Below, in pieces: positions 11,880-22,000 of a DNA stretch of 64,000 nt. Within the stretch, counting starts at the first letter, position 1. Each line of letters begins with the position of its first letter. Made by a program: the position numbers and the translations under genes. The stretch is from Chrysemys picta bellii (Eukaryota): the NCBI RefSeq assembly GCF_011386835.1, contig NC_088797.1, forward strand, positions 34,224,001 through 34,288,000, written 5' to 3'. The notes beneath the pieces were generated by a model. The model was not told the origin of the DNA, did no database searches, and saw only the letters and a list, made by a program, of their open reading frames with translations.

Positions 11880-14800
11880 ATGGGACTCGACACCACAGAG
11901 ATGGAGCCTGAGATGAGCACCTACGGCCCCTTCTATCCCCCTTGCAGCATGGAGGCCGGGGACCCTGTCAGCACGCAGGGGCCATATGCTGCCCTGGGCC
12001 AGCCCTGCTGGGGCCCTGAGGGGAACCCAGCCCAGCAGGGCCAGCAGCCCAGGGCAGCGGGGGGCCCCTATGGGCTCTGGCCCCAGAGGATTGAGCCAGC
12101 CCACCGCAGGCTGGACCCCTTTGCCCAAGCCTTCCCCAACCTGCCTTTCGGGAAGCCGTGGGTGCTGGGGACTCAGGCATCCAGGAGCCAGGGCTGCAGC
12201 CTGCAGGAGATAATGGCCCAGCCGCCCCCTATTGCCCCACAGGAGGGATACCCCCCTGGCAGCCCCCTGCTGCTGCAACTCCCTGGAGGCCAGCTGGAGG
12301 GGTCAGGGCCTCCTCTGTCCTACTGCAGCCTCCCAGAGAGGCAGGGGCAGGGCGGAGGTGGATACGGGCAGCAGCGCAAGGAGCCCCCGCTTTCGTGTCT
12401 ATACCAAGAGAACCAGTCTGCTAGCTACAGCCCCCCAGAAGGCTACCCGGGGCCCGGTGAGTGACAGGGGGGAAAGGGGGGTGGTTACGGGTGCTCTCAG
12501 CGGATGGTGGGGCCAAGATGGGGAAGGCCAGCTGAGGGGGCCCCCAGTTTTGGGAAGGTTATGGAACTAGGTGATGCTCTCAGGCGCTGTGGTGGGGGGA
12601 AGAGACAACTTGGGGGGGTGGGCTGTGGTATCCGGACAGAGGAGCATGGAGGGAGGACTCCAGCTTGGAGAGTCATGGGGTTGGGAGGCACCACTGGGAT
12701 ATGTGGGCCCAGGAGGATGCAGGGGTATGGACACAGGCAGATACGTGCCTGTGGGGGGGTGGAAGGGGGACGCCTGGCTCCTTGTGGGTTATGGGGTAGA
12801 AGGGGGAACTCATCTCAGGGGGATTATGGGGCCAACCCTGAGGGTTATGAGATATACTAGGGAGGGCCCCCAGCTTTGGGGGGAGGCTGCTGGGATGGGA
12901 GGGGGGAACTCTGGCTCTTTGCTGTCACAGCCTAACCTCCTCTCCCTGTGTGTCAGCTCCCCAGGGGCTTGCAGGCCCTGAGACGTACGCTGGGCTCCTG
13001 GGCCCCCCTGATTGGCTCCCTGATGCCGCCCCCAGCCTCTGCTGCTACCAGGTGGGTTGGTATGAGGAGGGTGGTGGGAAAATGGGCGGTGCCCAGTCCC
13101 AGGGCCATGCTGCCGAGTAGGGGCGGGGGTCGGGAGATTCCCCCAAGATTAATGGCAGAGGCAGTGGGGTCTAGTGGTTAGAGCGGGGCTGGTGCTGAGA
13201 GCCAGGACTCTGGGGTTCTCTCCCTGGCTGTGGGTTCTGACTCCCTGCACTGAGCCTGTCATCCCCTGCAGGACACTGAGCGCTACTGCAAGGGGCTGGA
13301 GTTTCTCCCTGCTGGTTTTGCCCCATGGCCGGGGGTCTCCCCTGGGGAGCCAGATTCAGAGGTCGCTGCTGCCAGGCTAGGGCATGAGCAGAGCCCCCCA
13401 CTGGCAGGCCGCACTGCCACCCCCCAGGTGAGAGTGGGACGCTGGGGCTGGGGGAGTGGGGCCTGCCTCACCTGAGCCCTCAGGGAAGCATGGGTGGGGC
13501 AATGGAGTCAGGGAAGTCCCCCCCACCCTAGGGAGCCCTCCCACCCCCCCAATACCCAGCCACTTGTCCCAATCACAGGCCGCAATCTTGCACCCAGATG
13601 GGCTCCTGATCACTCATTGGAGGGGAGGGAGGGCTGAGGACACTGGGGAGGAAGATAGCCAGGGAAGGAGTGGTTGGGGGGATGTCTTGATGGTTAGCTG
13701 GGTGTTTCCCAGCATGGGGGGGGAGGGGGGAGTTGCTAGAGTCCTGCCCCCCCCCCCCCGGGACCCAGCAGGGGTGCCAGCACTGGGGAGGCCACGATGC
13801 CCCATTCCCCTCATTGCTCCCCCATGGGATAGGCCCCTGCAGCCTCTGACCACCTTTCCTCCCCAGGTTTCTGGGAGCTCCTTGGCCTCCAGTTATCGAG
13901 GCACTCCTTATTGGAGCCGGATGCACCGGGCCAGGGCCCCCCCGCACTACACACCACCCCCCATGCTCAACCCGCTGCGCCGAGGCACTGGGCTGTTTGC
14001 TGAGCTGAGCGCCTCGCTAGGCGGTAAGTGCCCACCTTGGCCACCTTCCAACGCAGGCGGGGGGGCTTGATTGGTTGCTTGGGAGCCAGTACTCCCGGGT
14101 TCTACTCCCAGATGCGGCTGAGTGTGGCCAAGGGGCAGGGATGTGAGGGAGGGTCTCTCCCTCCACTGAGCCACGTGAACTGGGTCCCTGGGTGTGGAGT
14201 CCATGAAGGTTTGTTGGGTGGGTACAGAGCCACATGGGGGGATCCTGCAGGGCCCTGGAAGATGGGGAGGAGGTCAGGAGTTCTGTCTCAGGGCAAGCTG
14301 GGGAACTGTGTCTGTGCCAGGGGCCTTCACTGCTGGACTCTCCCCTCCACAGGTGGCAGCCCCGACCCCCTCCAGCACCTGGACACCCCGTAAGTCCTGT
14401 CTTTTGGGGTGGAGGGAAATTAGGCTACAGCCCCTTGGGCAGGTGTGGCAAAGGGGATGGGCCCCAGGGAGGGAACTTTGAGCCAGGGATCTCCTGGCGG
14501 CGGGGGGAATCCCCAGGCTGGGGAGCATGAGTGGTGGGAAATGGCTGGTCTGGGAGGGGCAGTAACAGGTCGGGCATGTGCCTGCGGTTGAGGCTCCCTC
14601 ACCTGCCCCTTCCCCTGCAGACAGATAAACGTGGGCCCCGCATTCCAGCCGGCACTGCCAGTGCTGCGGGACCCACACCTGGCCCAGCTGGACCCCCCAC
14701 AGGCTGAACTGGCCTGGAGGCCCTGGCCAGGGCTGGAGCAGGATGCAGAGACCCAGCGCCAAGGTGAGGGGTAGCACTGGGGATTATCACGGGGAGGAGC

Positions 14801-17049
14801 TGGGGCACCCACAGGCGGGGGCAGGGAGAGGTGGGGCAGGCCCATATGTCCCTTACAATAGGGGGAGGGGAGGAGAAGCAGGACAAGCCCACCCCCAGTG
14901 GCTCAGTCTGCATGGTCCAGTCAGTCCCCAGCCTCTTAGGGGAAGTGGAGGGGTCCCATGGGGTGGGGGTTCCCAAGGCCCATCTGATGCCTGCTGTCTG
15001 GGTGCAGTGTGGGGAGTGGAGAGGTCCCATGGGGTGGGGGTTCCCAGGGCCCATCTGATTGCTGCTGTCTGGGTGCAGTGAGGGGGGTGGAGGGATCTCA
15101 CTGGCCCATCTGATGGCTGCTCTCTGGTTGCAGTGGAGACACTGCTGGACGTGGCTTGCTCCAGCGCCCTCCCCGGGGGTGGCACCAATCAGGAGCTGGC
15201 ATTGCACTGCCTGTGCCAGGCTGGCGGGAATGTCATGGTAAGAGACCACCCTCACCCCATGGCCTGGCCCTTGGTAAGTAGCAGTGTCTGACCCGAGGCC
15301 AGGATGGTTCTGGCAGGGGAGCGCCCTGGGGAGGGAAAGGGTCTGGGGCAGCTTCCCCCTCTCAGCTTTACTCCCCCCTCAGGTTGCCTTGGAGACTCTG
15401 TTGCTGCGAACCCCAGTGTGGCCCAAATGTCACCCTCTGGCCAGTTACCATTACACAGGTAAAGGGGGGGGCAGGCAAGTGGCATGACCAGGGTAGCTAG
15501 CAGAGGCTGGGGGCCAGTGGGGGCAGGGCCAGGGGAAGAAGGGGAACAGGGGTAGCAGCAGCTGGGCAGGACAGGATGGAAGAGGAGTGGGGGCAGGATT
15601 GGGAGCCATGGCAGGATGAGGGGGTAGGGCTGTGGGGGACAGGAGGTTGGGGGCAAGGCTGTGAGGGAGTAGGGCAGTGGGGGTCAGGAGGATGGCGGGA
15701 GGGCTGTGAGGGGGTAGGGCTGTAGGGGACAGGAGGTTGGGGGCGGGGCTGTGAGGGGGCAGTGGAACAATTTACATAGTGGGGGTGCTGAGAGCCATTG
15801 AAGCAAACGCTAAACCCTGTATATGATGGAAACCACTTCAAGCCAGCCGCACCCCCAGTTCCAGCCCCTGGGGCTGTGAGCAGCAGGGAGGGGGGACAGA
15901 AACATTGGGTGGGGCAGGGTCTATGCGGGGGGTGGGATGGGGCCAGGCTGTGGTGGGAAGGAGGGTGTGGAAGGGCTATGAGGGGCGTGGAGCAGCATAC
16001 CCTGTCTCAGGTTCCTCTCCCTCCCCCAGGCAGTGATGTGTGGAGTACCCACGAGCGCCGCCTCTTCTCCAAAGCCTTCGCCCTGCACAGGAAGGACTTT
16101 GCCCAGATCCAACGTGCGGTGAGAGCAACACTAGCCCCCTCTCCACCCCTCACTTCCAACCACCTTCTGCGGGGGGAACGGACACCCATCTACTCCAGCC
16201 CCAGCCTCTTCCAGCAGGGGGAGCTGTAGGAGTGGGGTGGGAGCGCTGGCTGCAGGGGGATGGATTTCCGGCTAATCCAGGCCTGGCCTCTCCCAGCAGG
16301 GCTGGGGGATGCTAGCTGACCGAGTTCTCCCTGCCCCCCAGGTGCCCTCCAAGCGGCTGGCCCAGTGCGTGGAGTTCTATTACTTGCACAAGAGCCGGCT
16401 GCGGCGCAGTCACAAACGAAGTGGTGCCGGGTCAGAGTCGGGCGCCATCGTAGGCAGGGCCGGCCCCGGGCAGGTATGTGAGACCTCAGGGACAGGGATG
16501 GGGGGAGCCCCTCCCCAGACAAGGAAGCAGCCTGGGGGAGGTCTGTGATGAGGTCTATGATGTCCTCCTCTTTCTCTCTCTCTCAGCCCCCACCTACCCC
16601 AGAGCTCCCTCAGGACTCCTCCCCCGGCTCCAGCTTCCCCTGCAAACGTTGCGGCAAGTAAGTGGCTTTAACTTTTGGGCTCCACACCCACCAGAGTGGG
16701 GGGCGGGGGGCAGGCTCCAAGTGGGAGTGTTCCCCAGGCCTCCTGCTTGCTGGGGGAGAAGCAGCTCGGCTGAAGGGCCCCCGCAGATGCCTCACTAACC
16801 CCTGCCCCCCACTCTGTCCCCAGGACGTTCTACAAGATCAAGAGCCGAAATGCCCACATGAAGATCCATCGGCAGCAGGACGACTGGGGTGGGCAGGGGG
16901 GAATGCTGGGACCTGGCACTCTCCCTGCCCCTCATGTGGGGTGCCCCCCCTGGGCCAACACAGAGCCAGCCGAGCCCGTTGCTGAGGCCCTGGCCTGCCC
17001 CGGGCTGGGGCTGCTCTATGGGAGGGACATGGAGCAGCTCTTCATGTGA
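11880..17049 (+). CDS. TRERF1/ZNF541/MIDEAS-family ELM2-SANT-C2H2 protein, ~620 aa (paralog identity unresolved)
   Basis: 12 GT-AG exons in phase: 11880-12456, 12957-13051, 13272-13427, 13867-14023, 14353-14389, 14621-14763, 15134-15237, 15383-15458, 16030-16118, 16342-16473, 16587-16657, 16824-17049 (1863 nt). Motifs: [17 protein letters not shown]; ELM2 [10 protein letters not shown]...[20 protein letters not shown]; [21 protein letters not shown]...QCVEFYY; C2H2 [23 protein letters not shown]. Confidence 0.9.
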
Positions 17050-17342
17050 TGGGGGCCAGGACCCCTCCCTTGGCCTGGCATGGAGAGCCCCACCTTCCAA
17101 GAGTTTGCCCCACTGGGGGCCAAGGGGCTGTGGTCTCCTCATGGAGAGCACAAGGTTATAGGAGCCCCCTACCATGAGGGCAGGACCTGCCCCTACAAGA
17201 GACTCCATCCAGGCTCAGCCTGGCCCCTGCACTGCCCCCTATGCCTGGGCAGCTGCCTGTAGGGCATAACCACTGGGACATGTGGGACAGCGGCAGCGGG
17301 CTGAGGGGCAGAGAGACAGCAGGGATAGTGGGGGGTAGGCGC

Positions 17343-17348
17343 TTTATT
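17343..17348 (-). terminator. Poly(A) signal, probable B3GAT3 3' end
   Basis: First AATAAA on - strand ~600 bp past the B3GAT3 stop. Confidence 0.65.
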
Positions 17349-17815
17349 GAGGATATAACATGCTTATTGCTGTAACAGCCACCACGTTCATGCAACAGCC
17401 ACGCACACAACATGGACACACAGGGCTCCCTGAAGCTGGGGAGGGGGATCCCAGCCCACTGGTGAGTGGGGTGGGTGGGGGAACATTGTGTCGCACTCTC
17501 TCACAGCTCCACCGTCCTTAGGAGCCCTGCCCAGCAGGGCAGGATCAGAGCTGCCATCCTCAGGCGCCATGCAGAGGGGCTAGGGCCCCCTAGGAGCTGC
17601 TGGGCAGGGGGAACGCGTCCTGGAGGGGCTCACTGGGAACAAATCCTGGAGCAGCTGCCTCTCTGGGGGCAGGGTCTGACTTCCAGGCAGTAGCAACTGA
17701 GGATGTTGGGCTGGGGGGGGCTCCCTCAGCAGGGAGCAGCAGCACTGGAGATGCTGGGATAGAGGCTCCTCCGCCAGTGGGGTGGGGGCTGGGGGGTAGG
17801 GCCCCTGCATGTCAC

Positions 17816-17821
17816 AATAAA
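17816..17821 (+). terminator. Poly(A) signal, probable 3' end of ELM2-SANT gene
   Basis: AATAAATAAA, first canonical + strand signal after stop 17049. Confidence 0.65.
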
Positions 17822-17941
17822 TAAAGCAGTCTGGGGCGTTCAGTCCCCAAGTCCATTACTCTGGGAGCAGCCCTGATCCTGTCCTGGGCTCTGGGCCAGC
17901 TCCCCACACGGGCCTCCATGTACTGGTTCTCCAGGTGCCAC

Positions 17942-19038
17942 TCACACCTCGATGCTTGGGTCAGAGCCCAGGCCCTGCTTCTGCAGCAGCTCCTCCTGCT
18001 TCATTTTGGGCTTCTCCGACCGTGTGTGCCAGACCAGAACCTGCAATGGAGGAGTGCAGGACAGAGGTGGGGTCCAGAGAGATCCCCCCAGACCGTGCCC
18101 CTCCCCCAACCAGCACCCCCAGCCAGTCAGCACAGCTGGGGGACTGAAGACACCTGGGACCATCCTGCTTAGAGGCAAAATTTCACATTCCCCACTCCCA
18201 GCACCATGGATAGAACCCAGGAGTCCTGACTCCCAGTCCCCCTCCTCACCTTGGTGCAGTTGTCAGCTCGAGGCTCCAGCTCTTCGATGGAGACCAGTGA
18301 CTGCAGCAGGCTGCTCTCCAGGTAGCCACGCTCAGCCAGCAAGTCGAACCGGGCCTCGCGATTGGCCAGCAGCAGCTGCAGAGCAATAGCGAAGCCAGCC
18401 ATGTCCATGGGGAAGGGCCGGTTGGGCTTCCAGGCTGTGTAGAAGCCCACCACCCTGCCCTTCTCCACCAGGGGGCGCTCGAAGCGCAGGCCACCCACGA
18501 GCCCCACGGGCCAAACTGAGACACGCTTGGTGGAGCGGATCTGTGGGGGAGAGAGAGGGGGGGTGTGTCAGCAGCAGAAAGAGACCCCCACGTTGGGGAG
18601 GTGACACAAATGCATCCCTGCGCTCCCCACCCCAATCCCCGCCTCCAGCACCCTGCCACCCACTCCCTTCCCCGTCACCCCACCCCCTGCCACCCACTCC
18701 CTTCCCCATCACCCCAGCCCCTGCCTCCAGCACCCTGCCACCCACTCCCTTCCCCATCATCCCAGCCCCTGCCTCCAGCACCCTGCCGCCCACTCCCTTC
18801 CCCATCACCCCACCCCCTGCCTCCAGCACCCTGCCGCCCTCCCCAGCATCCAGCAAACTGTGGCCCACCCCCTTCTCCGTCACCCTACCACCATGCCTCC
18901 AGCGCCCTGCCGCCCCCACCTCCCCATCAGCCCACCCCCTGCCTCCGGCACCCTGCTATGACAAAGTGAGAATTTTTTGTAATATTTTTATGACACGTCT
19001 AACTGTCTCCATTTCCCCTGTACGGTGCATTGTTACCC

Positions 19039-19070
<32 letters not shown>

Positions 19071-22000
19071 CGGGAGGTCGCTTGTCTCGGTCTCAATCCC
19101 CATACTAGTGGCACACCTCAAAAGACACCAGACAAATCCAATTGTCTGGACATTGCTCCCTAGCAATCAGTGACCCAGAAAGCTATAGACTTCCCCGCCC
19201 CTCAGCAGGGGGGAGGGGGGCTGAGCAACATTCTCCCAGGTTGAGATCCAAGGACTGGAGAGATGTGAGCAGGGGTGGAGGGGCAAGAGTGGGTGGCTGG
19301 AGGCAGCCGGGGCTTTCACCTGGAGTCTGACAGAGGAGATCAGACGGAGGGTCAGTGAGAGCTTGAACCAAGGAGCTCACTACAGCTTGGCTGGGCCCTG
19401 GGCGAACCAGACTGGACTGCGCTTTAACGTCTGTTCTCTGTGCTAACCTAAGGACTCGTATGGTGTGTTCCAGAGGACTAATAAACCCAAGTGTTTTGAC
19501 AACACTGTGTGAGTGTCACTGCCAATGCTTGGCGAGGTGCACTAATCCCTGGGGAGTGCACCAGTCTCCACTGGGGGTCTGTCTCAGTTGGACTCGCTGA
19601 ATGGAGCTCACAATGTGAAGCAGCGTGCCGGAGGCCTAGAGGTCCAGTTTCACAAGGCGGTGAAGCCATGTGTCTTACACGGCCTCCAGGGGGTCTGACA
19701 CACTGAAGGGGTTCCTGCTAGAGACTCTTCCCAAACTGACACCGTATCACCGATCTTGTGGATCCATGACAGGTGGTGGTAGAGGTGGGATGCTGAATGC
19801 ACCGGTAGCATTTTGTAATAAATGACTTGCAGCAGTAAAACAAGGATAGTTAAAGGAAACAGCAAAAAAATGGTCTGTAGCCAGCTCCCTAAGACAGACG
19901 ATGCAAACATGTGCAGGCAAAGAGGGTTAAGCTTTGGGAAGCTCAACAAGGTGCAGCTGCACGGCTGGAGAAGGATGACCGGTCCAAGAAGCAGGTTCCA
20001 GATCCAGGCGGGGTTCCAAGAGGGTGTGAGAGTGACAGAGACAGCAATAGGGCATCCTTGAGACCCGTCTCCCTGTACAGCAGTGGTCTTTTGTGACTTG
20101 GTTCCCCATTGATAGATCTGAAGTGGTGGGATTTGGCGCTGAGAGTGAAGATGCTAGTAGATTGTTCCCTCTCAGTTTCCAAGGAGGAAGAACAGCGGAA
20201 GAACCCGGAGAAGGAGTGAAAGCAGGAACCAGATATGGAGAAGCAGAGGGACAAGTGGGGAAAGATGCTGATTCCGCAGGGAACGTAGATCCCAGTTTAC
20301 GGAGTGGGGATATTGATGCCTGTCTCACTGCCTTTGAAAAGGCTTGTGATTTGAACCAGGTTGACCCTGCAGACTGGTTCCGCTGTTTCACCCCTTACTC
20401 AGGCCCACCGCTATAGAGGCGTTCAGCCACATGGATGGAGCTGACACTGGGGACTATGAACAGTTCAGAAAGACTCTATGGCTTACGTCTGAATTGACAT
20501 CTGGGGCTTATAGGGAGGTTTCGGGGTGTGCAAAAGACCCAGGGTGTGACCTACATGGAAACCACCACCCTGATGGGACAATATCTCCACAAGTGGGGTA
20601 AGAGTGCAGGGACACTATACGGGAGGATTGGTATAACCTGGGTGGGTTGGAGGAACTCTATGAGATCTGTCCTCATGAACTTAAAATGTGGCTAGTGCAC
20701 AGGGAACTGAAGGATCTGCATAGCACAGGTCAGTTGGCCAATGATTTTGTGGACAGTAGGTGTGGGTATGAAGAGAGACCCAAAGGGAACTGGGCTAAGC
20801 ATGGGTCCTGGGAAAGGGAACCAGTGGAGGCACCCCAGGAGTGGGACTCAGGTAAACCCATGCGGGCAGGCTTCTTCCAAGGGAGATGTAATATCTGTAG
20901 GAAAACAGGACAGAAGTGAGCACTATGGCCAAGGCTTCATGAAATAAGGTTTGCTACTTCACTGTGCCCAACCAAGAAGGCCGCATTGTAGCTCAGGCGC
21001 TGAGTGTGAGTCACACAGCCAGCTCTTTGGGGGCACCGGGAGTGGTGAAAGATGGACTCCTGATCCAGGCACTGTACACATGTCCTGTGGTACTCTGCTG
21101 GGCTCAGACTCATGGGATCCCCAGTGGGAGCAGAAGGTGCTGGTTACTGGGAAGACGTTCCTGGGGTAGAGAGATTCTGGGACAGAGAGCCCTTGTCAGA
21201 GCACATGTGGTACAACCCATCACATGCTGAAAGGCTGTGTCAGCTGGATTAAGGTTCCTTTTGTCTAGCTCTGTGCAGACCCAGGAGGGCTTGGGGTGGC
21301 TGGTCTCCAAGATATCAGCTCTGACATCCTTTTGGGGACTGACTGTATCACCTTAAGACAAAATTCTGCCCGTTTCTGTACCAGCCCGAACCACCCGAGC
21401 CGACAGGCTCAGACTGGAGGCGTCAGTGAAAATGCAAATAGCTTGGCTGGCAGGGAGCAGGAGGGTTTTCCCCCCTTGCTTGCAACAGAAAGGAATGGCT
21501 GTTAGCTCAGGACACCTTTCAGTCTGTAACCATACAGCCAGATCTGAGTGGGGCAGGGGAACGGCCTCAGCCAGCCGCACACGGGAGATGTGAGTCACAC
21601 TGGCTCAGGTGAAACTTCCCTGACGTCTGATGCTGTGACCAAGGGAGCAAGCTCCCGGCCTGCCCTCGCTGGGAAAGTAGAGGCAGAGCCGAGCCCTGTG
21701 GTATCTGAAACCCCAGCTGAGTGTGGGCAGACACAGGCAGGGCAGGGGGATGGCCAAACAGGTTTGCCCTGGCCAGGGGGAGAGAAACCCCAGTGAAGAG
21801 GCAGCTTCTGGTAACAGACACCTGATCAGAGGGTGGCCCTGACCACATGCATTCTCTTAGCCAAGAGAGCCTGAATCACGGCCCACCAGGAGCAGGGGAT
21901 GAGAGGACTGTCCTGGGGGTGAAGGCAACAGACTGATCCCAAGTAGGGAGATGGGCTCCTTGCATCACACAGCGCTGGGGTTGAGACACACCAATGTGAA

